From Candidatus Woesearchaeota archaeon (lineage in GTDB: Archaea; Nanobdellota; Nanobdellia; Woesearchaeales; GW2011-AR15), in NCBI GenBank assembly GCA_038874655.1, contig JAVZBY010000001.1, positions 231,094-295,093 of the forward strand: a stretch of DNA of 64,000 nt. The letters are read 5' to 3'. Of this stretch, positions 50,002 through 60,744 are shown in pieces (within the stretch, counting starts at the first letter, position 1; every line of letters begins with the position of its first letter). The notes beneath the pieces were generated by a model that was given only the letters and a program-made list of their open reading frames with translations, was not told where the DNA came from and searched no databases. Position numbers and translations under genes: made by a program.

Positions 50002-51360
50002 ATGGGGAAAATAAGCCCTGTTTCAGCTAAATATATTATACATGCAAGTATTACAATAGATGGTGTAGTTGATAAACCAGATGTAATTGGTGCTATTTTT
50101 GGGCAAACCGAGGGTTTATTAGGTTCTGAGCTTGAATTAAGAGAATTACAGAGATCAGGTAGAATAGGCAGAATTGAAGTAGAAACAGAAACAAAATCAG
50201 GAAAAACAAAAGGAATGATAATTATACCAAGTAGTTTAGATAAAGCAGAAACAGCAATAGTTGGAGCAGCTTTGGAGATAATTCAAAGAATTGGGCCATG
50301 TAATGCAAAGATAGAAGTTCAAAATATAGAAGATGTTAGAATTTCTAAAAGAAATTTTGTTATAGAGAGAGCAAAAGAATTATTAAGAAAAATGATGGAT
50401 ACTGTAATGCCAGATTCACAAGAATTGGCTGATGAAGTTGCATATTCTGTTAGAGTAATGGAAATTCAAGAGTATGGTAAATCAAGATTACCTGCAGGGC
50501 CTGCAATAGAAGAATCTGATGAAGTTATTGTTGTAGAAGGAAGAGCTGATGTTTTAAATTTATTAAAACATGGATTTAAGAATGCTATAGCTATAAATGG
50601 AACTTCTGTCCCTGAAGAAATTGTAGATTTAGGGAAAAGAAAGGTTTTAACTGCTTTTGTAGATGGTGATAGAGGAGGAACTTTAATAGTTCAGGAATTA
50701 ATGAGTGTTACTGAGATTGATTATGTTGCAAGGGCACCAGATGGAAAAGAAGTAGAAGAATTAACAAAGAAGGAAATACATAAAGCATTAAGAAGTAGAA
50801 TAGCAACAGAGCAATTAAAGTTAGAGAGTAATGAGCAAGAAAAACAGGAAAAGCAAGAAAAGTATGAATTTGTGAAGAAAGAGTCAAAAGAAACATATAA
50901 GCCAGAATTTAAAGAAATTAAACCTGAGCAGAATAAATCTGAACAGAAGCAGGATTTTAAGCAAGACAAAAAGGTTTTTGTTAAAACAAGTTCACAAGTT
51001 CAAACAACAACACAGCAAAATATGCAACCACAAAGGGAAATACAAAAACCAAAAGAAAAGTCTTTATCTGAAAGAGAAAAAAAGGTTTTTAGTGAAATGT
51101 TAGAAGATTTAATTGGCACAAGAGGAGCTTATATATTAGATAACAACTTGGAAATACTAGGTAAAGTGCCTATCTCGGAATTAATATCAACATTGAATTC
51201 ATTAAATACAAATCTATATGCTGTTATTTTTGATGGTGTTATTGATAAAGAGATTTTAGCAGCAGCAGAAAAAGCAAATGTTAGTTATTTAATTGCAATG
51301 GATAACAAAGTAAAAAATAAATTGTCCAAGGTTGAACAACTAACAGTTGAAGACTTTTAA
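50002..51360 (+). CDS. dnaG: Archaeal DnaG (TOPRIM; primase-like, exosome-associated RNA-binding protein)
   Basis: [45 protein letters not shown]; GGAGG RBS at 49990. Confidence 0.96.
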   Translation: MGKISPVSAKYIIHASITIDGVVDKPDVIGAIFGQTEGLLGSELELRELQRSGRIGRIEVETETKSGKTKGMIIIPSSLDKAETAIVGAALEIIQRIGPCNAKIEVQNIEDVRISKRNFVIERAKELLRKMMDTVMPDSQELADEVAYSVRVMEIQEYGKSRLPAGPAIEESDEVIVVEGRADVLNLLKHGFKNAIAINGTSVPEEIVDLGKRKVLTAFVDGDRGGTLIVQELMSVTEIDYVARAPDGKEVEELTKKEIHKALRSRIATEQLKLESNEQEKQEKQEKYEFVKKESKETYKPEFKEIKPEQNKSEQKQDFKQDKKVFVKTSSQVQTTTQQNMQPQREIQKPKEKSLSEREKKVFSEMLEDLIGTRGAYILDNNLEILGKVPISELISTLNSLNTNLYAVIFDGVIDKEILAAAEKANVSYLIAMDNKVKNKLSKVEQLTVEDF

Positions 51361-51524
51361 TTTTTTTATTTTTTAATTTTTATTTATAAATTTTATTTTT
51401 CAATAGTTTTTTTTATTACTATTTGCTTTTTAGTTATTAAAGCAATAAATTTTATATACCTTCTCTTTTTGTATTTTTATATTATTTGAAAAATTTTAAT
51501 TTTTTATAATTTAAACATTAATGG

Positions 51525-54491
51525 GTGGGTAATTTGAAAGATGAAGATTTGTCATTATTTGGTTTTTTTAAAAAAAGTAGTGATAAAAAAGATAAAAATA
51601 AGGATTACAAAGAAAAAAATGGTTTAAAAAAAGATAAAGTAAAAAATGAAGTAAAATATCAAAGTGTGATAGGTGATAAAGAAAAAAAAGAGCAATTAGA
51701 AGTAGATAAAGATACTGATATTAGTATTGATTTTGCAAAATTTTTTGTTTTTTTAAAAAAATACTCTTATTTATTTCTTTTGTTGATTCCTATTATTTTG
51801 TCAATTTATTTGAGAACAATGCCAGCAAATTTACCAATTGCTGAAAAATGGGCAAGTTCTAGTATAGAACAAGGAATAAAAAATAATATATTAGACCAAT
51901 TAAGAAAGCAATATCCTAATTTACCAACCCAAAATTTAATGCCTTTAGTAGAAGAACAATATAAAGCAGTTTATTCTCAACAAAAAGATGCAATTAATAA
52001 TGCAATTTTACAAAATGCAGAATTTATTAGACAATATTTTAGAGATAATAAAGGAGTAACATATTTAGGAGATATTGATTCTTATTATTGGTTAAGGTAT
52101 GCAAGAAATATAGTTGAAAAAGGACACATTGAAGATGAGAAAATAGATGGTCTTTTAATAGATAATCATATGTTAGCACCTCTGGGAAGTACGGTAATTG
52201 TAAATATTTACCCTTATGTAATAGCATATGTGCATAAATTTTTGTCTTTTTTTAATAAAGATATTACAATTATGCAATCTTCATTTTATACACCAATTAT
52301 TTTATCTATATTTACAGTTATAATAGCTTTTTTATTAGGTAGAAAATTATCAGGAGATTTAGCAGGATTAATTGCAAGTGTTTTAATAGCAGTAAATCCA
52401 ACATTATTAAGTAGAACCTTAGGATCTGATAATGATCTAACAAATATTATTTTTCCATTAATAGTTATGCTTTTTACTCTATATGCTTTTGATTCAAAAG
52501 ACTTTGTAAAGAAAGCGGTATTTTCAGCATTAGCCGGTTTGTTTGTAGGGATTTATGGTTTTGGTTGGTCAGGTTGGTGGTTTATATTTTTATTTTTGAT
52601 TGTAGCATCAATAATTTATTTAGTTTATACTTTAGTATATGAAATTTATAATTTTAAAGATAAAAAGTCAAAAGTCTTTTTTAAGTATCTAATAAAGAAC
52701 GAGTCTATAAAAAGTATTTTTATATTTTTGATTTTTTTTATGATATTTACTTTTATAGGATTAAGTTTTTTTGGATTACAAGAACAATTTTTTAGGTCTT
52801 TTACAAATCCTTTTAATATTGTAAAAATTAAACAAGCAGCAAAACCAGATTTATGGCCAAATGTTTATACAACAGTAGCAGAAATGAATGAAGCAGATTT
52901 TAATCAAATAGTAAATTCTTTTGGTGGGGTATTTTTTATTTTAATAGCATTCTTAGGAACTATTATATCTATTACACTATTAGATGAAAAAAATAGAAAT
53001 AAAGGATTACTTTTCTTAGGATTTTCTACCATATATTACTTATTTATTATAAATACAGCAAGCAATCTTTCTTCTGTTATGTTAATGATTCTAATTTTTA
53101 TACCTTTGGCAATTGGGTTATTGATTTCAATTATTTATAAAACTAAAGTAGAGCCAATGCACTCAATTTTATTAATAATATGGTTTATGGCAACAATTTA
53201 TGCATCAATAAAAGGTGTTAGATTTATTGTATTAATATTGCCGGCTTTTGCTGTTTCTTTTGCTGTCTTTTTCTCTGAAATTAGTAATAAATTATCACTT
53301 TTATTAAGTAAACTCTTTGATATAAGATTAGAAATTACAAAAATTTTAGTAATAATTATTGCAGGTATATTTTTAATTCAACCTATTAATATGGGTTATG
53401 CAACAGCATATAATTATGTGCCAAGTATTAATGATGCATGGGTTGAGACATTGACAAAGATAAATCAAGAAAGTAAAGAAAACGCAATAATTAACTCTTG
53501 GTGGGATTTTGGGCATTGGTTTAAATATTTTGCTGATAGAGCAGTAACTTTTGATGGAGCTTCTCAAAATAAACCACAAGCCCATTGGATTGGAAAAGTT
53601 TTATTAACAAATGATGAAAAACAAGCAGTAGCAATTCTTAGAATGTTAGATTGCGAAGGTAATAAAGCTTTTTATTATATAGATGAAGAATTAAATGATA
53701 CTCATGAATCTGTTAAATTAGTTTATAGATTATTAAATATGTCAAAAGAAGAAGCAAAAAAAGATTTAAGCAAAAGGTTTAGTGAAGAAAAAGTAAATAA
53801 AATATTGAATGCTATGTATTGCGAGCCACCAGAGAATTTTTTTATTACTAGTGAAGATATGGTAGGAAAAGCGCCTGTCTGGGGGCATTTTGGGTTATGG
53901 AATTTTGAAAGAGCAGATTATTATAATTATTATAGAACAAATAATTATAATGGTTTTATAAAGAGTTTAAAAGAGGAATATAATTTAAGTGAAAACGAAG
54001 CAAAAAAAATTTACTATGAATTAGCAGCATTAAGAGATGATAGATCTGTTAATGATTGGATAGCATCTTGGCCAGGATATTTTGGAAGTGCAAGATGTAA
54101 TGAAAAAAATAATGAAAATTTGTTAGTGTGTAATATAGGATTGCCTAATAATCAAGTTATACCCATTAATGTAAATTTAACTAATATGGAAGCATATGTG
54201 TCAACAAATAATGATAAAATATATCCTAATGCCTTTTCTTATATAGATACTAATAAAAAAGAATTAGCAATAAAAAAATATGATAAAAACAAGCTAGGTT
54301 ATGGAATATCTTTATTAAGTGATAATAGAACGGTTATTTTAATGAGTGAGGAATTAGTTGGAAGCATGTTCACAAGGTTGTTTTATTATGATGGATATGG
54401 TTTAAAATATTTTGATAAATTTTATGATATTACAGATATTACTGGATTAAGAATAATAACATGGAAAATTGATTGGCAAGGTAAAATTTAG
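51525..54491 (+). CDS. aglB: Oligosaccharyltransferase AglB (STT3 family)
   Basis: DIDSYYWLR, TTVAE, multiple TM segments, SWWDFGHW, DGASQ; exact start uncertain. Confidence 0.95.
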   Translation: MGNLKDEDLSLFGFFKKSSDKKDKNKDYKEKNGLKKDKVKNEVKYQSVIGDKEKKEQLEVDKDTDISIDFAKFFVFLKKYSYLFLLLIPIILSIYLRTMPANLPIAEKWASSSIEQGIKNNILDQLRKQYPNLPTQNLMPLVEEQYKAVYSQQKDAINNAILQNAEFIRQYFRDNKGVTYLGDIDSYYWLRYARNIVEKGHIEDEKIDGLLIDNHMLAPLGSTVIVNIYPYVIAYVHKFLSFFNKDITIMQSSFYTPIILSIFTVIIAFLLGRKLSGDLAGLIASVLIAVNPTLLSRTLGSDNDLTNIIFPLIVMLFTLYAFDSKDFVKKAVFSALAGLFVGIYGFGWSGWWFIFLFLIVASIIYLVYTLVYEIYNFKDKKSKVFFKYLIKNESIKSIFIFLIFFMIFTFIGLSFFGLQEQFFRSFTNPFNIVKIKQAAKPDLWPNVYTTVAEMNEADFNQIVNSFGGVFFILIAFLGTIISITLLDEKNRNKGLLFLGFSTIYYLFIINTASNLSSVMLMILIFIPLAIGLLISIIYKTKVEPMHSILLIIWFMATIYASIKGVRFIVLILPAFAVSFAVFFSEISNKLSLLLSKLFDIRLEITKILVIIIAGIFLIQPINMGYATAYNYVPSINDAWVETLTKINQESKENAIINSWWDFGHWFKYFADRAVTFDGASQNKPQAHWIGKVLLTNDEKQAVAILRMLDCEGNKAFYYIDEELNDTHESVKLVYRLLNMSKEEAKKDLSKRFSEEKVNKILNAMYCEPPENFFITSEDMVGKAPVWGHFGLWNFERADYYNYYRTNNYNGFIKSLKEEYNLSENEAKKIYYELAALRDDRSVNDWIASWPGYFGSARCNEKNNENLLVCNIGLPNNQVIPINVNLTNMEAYVSTNNDKIYPNAFSYIDTNKKELAIKKYDKNKLGYGISLLSDNRTVILMSEELVGSMFTRLFYYDGYGLKYFDKFYDITDITGLRIITWKIDWQGKI

Positions 54492-54558
54492 TAATAATTT
54501 TTTTTAATTTTATTATAATTAAATTAAATTTTATAGCTTAATATTAAAGAGGTGTAAA

Positions 54559-55515
54559 ATGGAAACAATTTTAGTTACAGGCGGAGCAGGTTTTATAGGA
54601 AGCCATGTTTGTGATAAATTATTAGAAAAAAAGAAAAAAGTAATTTGTTTAGATAACTTTAATGATTATTACGACCCAGAGATTAAGAGAAAGAATATTT
54701 TGCATAATTTAAAAAATAAGAATTATGTGTTAATCAAAGCAGATATAAGAGATTATGATAAATTAAAAGAGGTTTTTAAAAATTATAAACCTAATAAAGT
54801 AGTTCATTTAGCAGCAAGGGCAGGAGTAAGGCCCTCTCTTGAAAATCCTTTTATTTATGAAGAAACTAATGTAAATGGCACTTTAAATTTACTGGAGCTT
54901 TCCAAAGATTATAAAGTTAAGAACTTTGTTTTTGCTTCAAGTTCTTCTGTTTATGGAAATAATAAAAAAGTGCCTTTTTCAGAAGATGATAAAACAGATA
55001 ATGCTATAAGTCCTTATGCAGCAACAAAAAAAGCTGGAGAAGTTTTGTGTTATACTTATAGTTATTTATATAATTTAAATTCATCATGTTTAAGGTTTTT
55101 TACTGTTTATGGGCCAAGGGGTAGGCCGGATATGGCTCCTTATATGTTTACAAAAAATATTTTAGAAGGAAAACCAATAAAGGTTTATGGAGATGGTTCA
55201 TCAAAAAGAGATTATACATATGTTAGTGATGTTGTTTCTGGAATAATAGCAGCATTAGAAAAAAATTTTAAATATGAAATTTTTAACTTAGGAAATTCAA
55301 ATACGGTTTCTTTAAATGAGTTAATAAAGACAATTGAAGAAATAACAGGAAAAAAAGCAATTATTAAAAGAGAAAAAATGCCAAAAGGAGATGTTCCTTT
55401 AACATATGCAGATATAACAAAATCAAAGAGATTATTAGGTTATGAGCCAAAAACAAATATTAAAGAAGGCATGCAAAAATTTTATGAATGGTATAAAGAA
55501 GTATTTAAAATATAA
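54559..55515 (+). CDS. NAD-dependent nucleotide-sugar epimerase (UDP-glucuronate 4-epimerase-like)
   Basis: TGGAGFIG, HLAARAGVR, SSSSVYG, YAATK, RFFTVYGPRGRPDMA. Confidence 0.93.
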   Translation: METILVTGGAGFIGSHVCDKLLEKKKKVICLDNFNDYYDPEIKRKNILHNLKNKNYVLIKADIRDYDKLKEVFKNYKPNKVVHLAARAGVRPSLENPFIYEETNVNGTLNLLELSKDYKVKNFVFASSSSVYGNNKKVPFSEDDKTDNAISPYAATKKAGEVLCYTYSYLYNLNSSCLRFFTVYGPRGRPDMAPYMFTKNILEGKPIKVYGDGSSKRDYTYVSDVVSGIIAALEKNFKYEIFNLGNSNTVSLNELIKTIEEITGKKAIIKREKMPKGDVPLTYADITKSKRLLGYEPKTNIKEGMQKFYEWYKEVFKI

Positions 55516-55612
55516 TTTTTTATATTTTATTGAAATTATATCTCTTTTAAACTTTTTATCATTATATATAACAAGATATAAACTTAAAAATAACAATTTT
55601 TTTTTGTAATTT

Positions 55613-56875
55613 ATGGATTTTGGAATAATATTAATTTATGTAATCTCTTATTTTGGTTTATTTACAGGCATTTATTTTCTTTTAACTCTTTTTGAGAATA
55701 AAGAAAATATTAGAATTAATGGTTTAAATTATCATAATTTACCTATTGTTTCTGTAATTGTTCCTGCTTTTAATGAAGAGAAAAGTATAGCTAAAACATT
55801 AAAGTCTTTGTTAGATTTAAAATATCCAAAAAATAAACTACAAATAATAGTAGTTGATGATGGTTCAACAGATAATACTTATAATGTTGCAATGAGCATT
55901 AAAAAAAGGTATAATGCTAAAAATTTAGAAATCTACAAAAAGGAAAATGGTGGAAAAGGAAGTGCATTGAATTATGGGCTAAAAAAAGCAAAAGGTGTTT
56001 TTGTAGGAGCATTAGATGCAGATTCTTTTGTTGATAAAATGGCTTTATTAAACATATTGCCTTATTTTAAAAATAAGAAAGTAATGGCTGTGACACCTTC
56101 TTTAAAAGTTTATCAACCAAAAAGCATTTTGCAAAGAATACAAATGGTTGAGTATATGATTGGTGTATTTTTAAGAAAAATATTCTCTTTTTTAGGTAGT
56201 ATTCATGTCACACCAGGACCTTTTACTATATATAGAAAGGAGTTTTTTGATAAATATGGTTTCTATGATGAAAACAACTTAACAGAAGATATTGAAATTG
56301 CTTTAAGAATACAGAAAAATGGTTTTGAAATTGAGAATTCCATTGATGCAGAAGTTTATACAGTTTCACCTTATCATTTTAAACCATTGTTAAATCAACG
56401 AATAAGGTGGTATTTAGGTTTTATAGAAAATGTCTATAATTATAGAAAATTATTTAATCCAGAGCATGGTAATTTAGGATTAATTGTTTTGCCAGCCGCT
56501 TTTATTTCTGTATTTTTGCTTATTGTCATGTTTTTTTACACAATTTATAAATTTTTAGAATCAACTGTAAAAAATTTAATTAATTATTATAATATTAATT
56601 TTGATTTGCTTAGATTATTTAAAATAAACACAGATACTTTTTATATAAATTTTAGTGGTTATGTTTTAATATCTTTTATAACACTTATTTTAGGGTTAAT
56701 GATTTTTTTCATAGCAAAAATTATGTCAAAAGAAAATCTTAATATAAAAAGAAATTATTTATTATATACATTATTTTATTGGATGTTATTTTCATTTTGG
56801 TGGTTATCTGCAATATTTTTAAAAATAAGTGGAAAAGGTTTAATATGGGGTAAGAAAAAATATGGCAAAAAATAA
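55613..56875 (+). CDS. Membrane GT2 glycosyltransferase of the processive type (PgaC/cellulose-synthase-like)
   Basis: VPAFNEE, DDGS, GGKGSALN, DADS, TED, QRIRW; N- and C-terminal TM segments. Confidence 0.92.
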   Translation: MDFGIILIYVISYFGLFTGIYFLLTLFENKENIRINGLNYHNLPIVSVIVPAFNEEKSIAKTLKSLLDLKYPKNKLQIIVVDDGSTDNTYNVAMSIKKRYNAKNLEIYKKENGGKGSALNYGLKKAKGVFVGALDADSFVDKMALLNILPYFKNKKVMAVTPSLKVYQPKSILQRIQMVEYMIGVFLRKIFSFLGSIHVTPGPFTIYRKEFFDKYGFYDENNLTEDIEIALRIQKNGFEIENSIDAEVYTVSPYHFKPLLNQRIRWYLGFIENVYNYRKLFNPEHGNLGLIVLPAAFISVFLLIVMFFYTIYKFLESTVKNLINYYNINFDLLRLFKINTDTFYINFSGYVLISFITLILGLMIFFIAKIMSKENLNIKRNYLLYTLFYWMLFSFWWLSAIFLKISGKGLIWGKKKYGKK

Positions 56876-57503
56876 TAAGGATTTGAATTATTATAAACTT
56901 TTAGCTGTTTTTGCAATAACAACTTTAATTTTTATTTTAGGTATTATTGTTGGGAATCATTTGACAAATAAAAAAATTGAAAAAATAAATTTGATTGAAA
57001 AAAATATTAAGACAAACATAGATGCAACAGAATTACAATATTTAATTTTAACAGAAAACCCTTGTAATGCAGATGTTGAGTTTATAACAAAAGATTTAGA
57101 GGAGTTAGGTTCAAAAATAACATATATGGAAAATATGTTAGGTTATAATAATAAGGAAGTATTGCAGTTAAAAAATGATTATAGTTTAATACAAATAAAG
57201 CATTATCTTTTTTTAAAAAAAATAAGTAAAGAATGTAATGAATCTTACAATTTTATTATTTATTTTTATTCTAATAAGGGTGATTGTCCAAAATGTGAGC
57301 AACAGGGATTTATATTAGATTATTTAAAAAAGAAATACACAAATTTAATGATTTATGCTTTTGATATTAATAATGACAATACAGCATTAGAAACCATTAA
57401 AAAAATCAATAAAATAGAAAAAACACCAGGTTTGATTATTAATAATAAAGTATACCAAGAATTTATGAGTTTAGAGGACATTGAAAAGATTTTGAATAAT
57501 TAA
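56862..57503 (+). CDS. Membrane-anchored thioredoxin-fold protein
   Basis: N-terminal TM, coiled coil, YFYS..CPKC..QG, TPGLIIN cis-Pro region. Confidence 0.75.
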   Translation: MAKNNKDLNYYKLLAVFAITTLIFILGIIVGNHLTNKKIEKINLIEKNIKTNIDATELQYLILTENPCNADVEFITKDLEELGSKITYMENMLGYNNKEVLQLKNDYSLIQIKHYLFLKKISKECNESYNFIIYFYSNKGDCPKCEQQGFILDYLKKKYTNLMIYAFDINNDNTALETIKKINKIEKTPGLIINNKVYQEFMSLEDIEKILNN

Positions 57504-57517
57504 ATTTTTAAGCTTAA

Positions 57518-58843
57518 TTAATTTAAAAACTCCCATATTGTAATATCCTTATAATAATAGATTTTTTTAAAGTTTCTTGTGTTTTGTAATATTAATAAAA
57601 TTCCATCATCTTCTTTTTTTCCAATTTTATCTTTTAAATTTTTGTTTATTATAATGTATTTTATTTTATTTTCTCTTAAAAAATTTATAATCTCTTTTAA
57701 GTTTCTAGATTTTATTATTTTTTCTGTTTCATTTATTTTTACTCTGCTAGAATATTTATAATATTCTTTATCAGTGTAGGGGGTTAGATTATAATATTTT
57801 AAAATAAAACCTATATTATAATCATTTAAAACAGAAAAATAACTCTCCTTGTTAGTTATTGTTTTGGTAGTATTTTCTTTATTATTACTTAACTTTTCAT
57901 ATTCAGCTAACCATTCATATGCTTTTATTTCAATTTTTTCAGGCATATCTTTTTTTAAATTGTTCAAAAAAGAGAGTGTGCTAAATAATAATCCACAAAA
58001 AATTAGGATTAATACATAATTTTTTAACATATCAGTCTCCCAAATGTTTTTAGAAATTTTTTCATAAGCATATGATGCAAAAAAAGCTATTATAATTGTT
58101 AAAAATATTATATAATTTTCTTCTAACAAGCAAATATAATAAATAAAGGGGATTATGAATAATATTATTAAATTTCTTTTATTGTTATTTATAAAATAAT
58201 ATGCACCTATTGTTGATAATAAAATTAAAAAAATGCTAATACCATTACTTCCAAAATCAGATATAATAAAAAAATTTTCTTTTGCTTTTATTAAGCTGAA
58301 AATGTATGATAAAATTATTATTATAAAAAATGTAATTTTATTGTTTTCTCTAATATAACTATAATATAAACTTAAAATTAAAATTATAATGTAAAAAAAA
58401 TATGGGTTCAAAATTAAAGTCAAAAGGTATAATAAGCTACTTATTATATAGTTATCTTGAATTAGAACATATGTTGCAATTAGGGTTATAAAAAAGGGAA
58501 TAACAAAACTATTGTAAATTAAATGTATATAAATAAAAGATGGACTCATCATAATAAAAAAGGTAAATGAAGAATCAATCTTTAATTTTTTAGCAATCTT
58601 ATCTATTAATAAAATGTTTATAATAAATATTAATATCATAATAAATTTAAATAAAAAAATTTCTGATATATTATTTAAGAATTTGACTTGTGTATATAGT
58701 TCTCTAACAAATAAATTATCTTTTATTTCATTCAAATAGTAGAATTCATCATAATGAATGATTGAATTACTTTGAATTATTGTTGAATAAAAAAATAAAA
58801 TTATTAATATACTTAAATTTGCTAATATAAGTTCTTTTCTCAT
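57518..58843 (-). CDS. Multi-TM GT-C-like membrane protein
   Basis: YDEFYY in first loop, many TM segments, C-terminal AYEWL..KIKYIII soluble domain. Confidence 0.6.
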   Translation of the reverse strand: MRKELILANLSILIILFFYSTIIQSNSIIHYDEFYYLNEIKDNLFVRELYTQVKFLNNISEIFLFKFIMILIFIINILLIDKIAKKLKIDSSFTFFIMMSPSFIYIHLIYNSFVIPFFITLIATYVLIQDNYIISSLLYLLTLILNPYFFYIIILILSLYYSYIRENNKITFFIIIILSYIFSLIKAKENFFIISDFGSNGISIFLILLSTIGAYYFINNNKRNLIILFIIPFIYYICLLEENYIIFLTIIIAFFASYAYEKISKNIWETDMLKNYVLILIFCGLLFSTLSFLNNLKKDMPEKIEIKAYEWLAEYEKLSNNKENTTKTITNKESYFSVLNDYNIGFILKYYNLTPYTDKEYYKYSSRVKINETEKIIKSRNLKEIINFLRENKIKYIIINKNLKDKIGKKEDDGILLILQNTRNFKKIYYYKDITIWEFLN

Positions 58844-58864
58844 TTTTGATTATATTTAGGTTTA

Positions 58865-60376
58865 TTATATTGTTTGAATTTTGCACTTTTGTGAATTATA
58901 TTCATATAATTTAAAATCATTCTTGTTTATGATTAAATCAAAACAATTTTTTATAAAATTAGTTTCTGTGATATTGTAGTTTTTTGTTTTTTCAGTATAT
59001 ATGATGTAGTTAGCGTGGTATTTATTTAATATATTTAGATTTTCAATTTTTAAATCTTTTTTATAAATGCTAAAGATATCAGAAATTCTTTCATTGATAT
59101 TTTCAATACCCAAAAAATCTGTATCAATTACATTCTTTTTATTGCCAAAATATGTTATTAAATGTCCTTCTTCGGGTAGGCTAATTATAATAGAATCATT
59201 TTTTAAATCTTTTAGTAATTTGAAATTTTCATAGTAATCTTTTTTATAACTATTTTGCGAGGAAATAATTAAAATTGTAGGTAAAAATTGTGTAAAAATT
59301 AATATGATAATTAAAGTTATATAAACTTTTGATTCATGATTGAAAAATTTTGTTTTCTTAAATGTTGAGAAAAAATCACTCCAAAATATACCAAATAAAA
59401 TAATATTAAATATTCCTATTGATAAAATAGCAAATTTATAAGGAATTAATTTTAAAATTAATAATAAAGTGCTGGAAAAAAATAAGGAAATTATTAATAA
59501 AATATTTTTGTTTTTTGTTCTTACAATATATTTGTAGATTATGTAAAAACTAAAAAATAATTGTAATAATCCTAGACTTGTAATAAGATGGTAAAAATTA
59601 ACATCTAAAAAATAATTTTCAATGTACATGTTTGGGATATTTTGCCAAAAAAAGTTTATTCCATTTTTGATAATAGCATTTTTATAGATAATAAAATTTG
59701 ACCAGAAAAAGAAAAGAGTAAAAAATATAATAAACTCAATTCTTATTTTTTCAATTTCATCCTTTTCTATGTAGTTTAAAATTATGTAAATTATAAATCC
59801 AAGTAATAGAATTATTGAATAATAACTTGTTAAAATTGTTATTATTGTAATGAATATTAAAAGACTTATATTCTCTTTATTACTTTTATAAATTAAAAAG
59901 ATTATTAAAAGAAATAATGAAAAGATTATTGAATAATAGTTTAATTTGTTTAAGGTTTCTGTAATATATAAGGGGAAAGATGCAGTTAATAATGAGCAAA
60001 TTAATGCAACATTTCTATTTTTTTCCAAGTAAGCAATGATTAAATAAACTATTATTATTAATAAAGAAGCAAAAAAATTGTTTATTATTTTTAGTAGAAT
60101 TATAGAATTTAAATTTTGATTAATTAATAAAAATAATTTAGTTATTATAGCAATTAAATAATAGTAGAAAGGCATAAAGTAAAATGTTCTGCCACCATAA
60201 CTTAACTCATCATAAAATATAGGTTTTCCTTTTTTTATTATGTTTTCTATTTGTTTTAAATATAGATAAGAATCAGTGTCATCAAAATAATTAGTTTGTA
60301 GAGTAAAATATAATCTTATTAAAAAATAAGCAAAAAAAATACTTATTAGTATTAAATGTCTTGGTTTTATTTTCAT
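58865..60376 (-). CDS. GT-C fold glycosyltransferase-like membrane protein (PMT/STT3-like)
   Basis: DDTDSYLY, DELSYGGR, many TM segments, EGHLITYFGNKKNVID, ANYII. Confidence 0.7.
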   Translation of the reverse strand: MKIKPRHLILISIFFAYFLIRLYFTLQTNYFDDTDSYLYLKQIENIIKKGKPIFYDELSYGGRTFYFMPFYYYLIAIITKLFLLINQNLNSIILLKIINNFFASLLIIIVYLIIAYLEKNRNVALICSLLTASFPLYITETLNKLNYYSIIFSLFLLIIFLIYKSNKENISLLIFITIITILTSYYSIILLLGFIIYIILNYIEKDEIEKIRIEFIIFFTLFFFWSNFIIYKNAIIKNGINFFWQNIPNMYIENYFLDVNFYHLITSLGLLQLFFSFYIIYKYIVRTKNKNILLIISLFFSSTLLLILKLIPYKFAILSIGIFNIILFGIFWSDFFSTFKKTKFFNHESKVYITLIIILIFTQFLPTILIISSQNSYKKDYYENFKLLKDLKNDSIIISLPEEGHLITYFGNKKNVIDTDFLGIENINERISDIFSIYKKDLKIENLNILNKYHANYIIYTEKTKNYNITETNFIKNCFDLIINKNDFKLYEYNSQKCKIQTI

Positions 60377-60384
60377 GATATTAA

Positions 60385-60738
60385 TTAATTTGAGGTATTT
60401 TTTAATCTTTTCTGTAAAATTGAAATAATAAAAAGTATAATAGTTGTTATAAAAAAAGTTATTTTTGTTAAAGATATTTTTAAAATGACATCCATTACAA
60501 CATATATTCCAGAGTAAGTTAATCCAATTAAATTTACTAAAAAGAATTTTTCTACAAAATTTTTGTTAGAAAACCAAAAAATAAAAGGCAATATAAAAAA
60601 AGTTGTGTATATAAAAGACATTTTTAATGCTAAAAAAAGATCTTTTAATGTAAGAGAAATTATGAAAAAGATAATATAATACAAAATAATTTCAAACATA
60701 TCTTCTTTAATATATTTATCAATTTTAACTTTTTTCAT
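60385..60738 (-). CDS. Small multi-TM membrane protein
   Basis: 117 aa, about four hydrophobic segments, within the minus-strand glycosylation operon. Confidence 0.65.
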   Translation of the reverse strand: MKKVKIDKYIKEDMFEIILYYIIFFIISLTLKDLFLALKMSFIYTTFFILPFIFWFSNKNFVEKFFLVNLIGLTYSGIYVVMDVILKISLTKITFFITTIILFIISILQKRLKNTSN

Positions 60739-60744
60739 TTTTAT

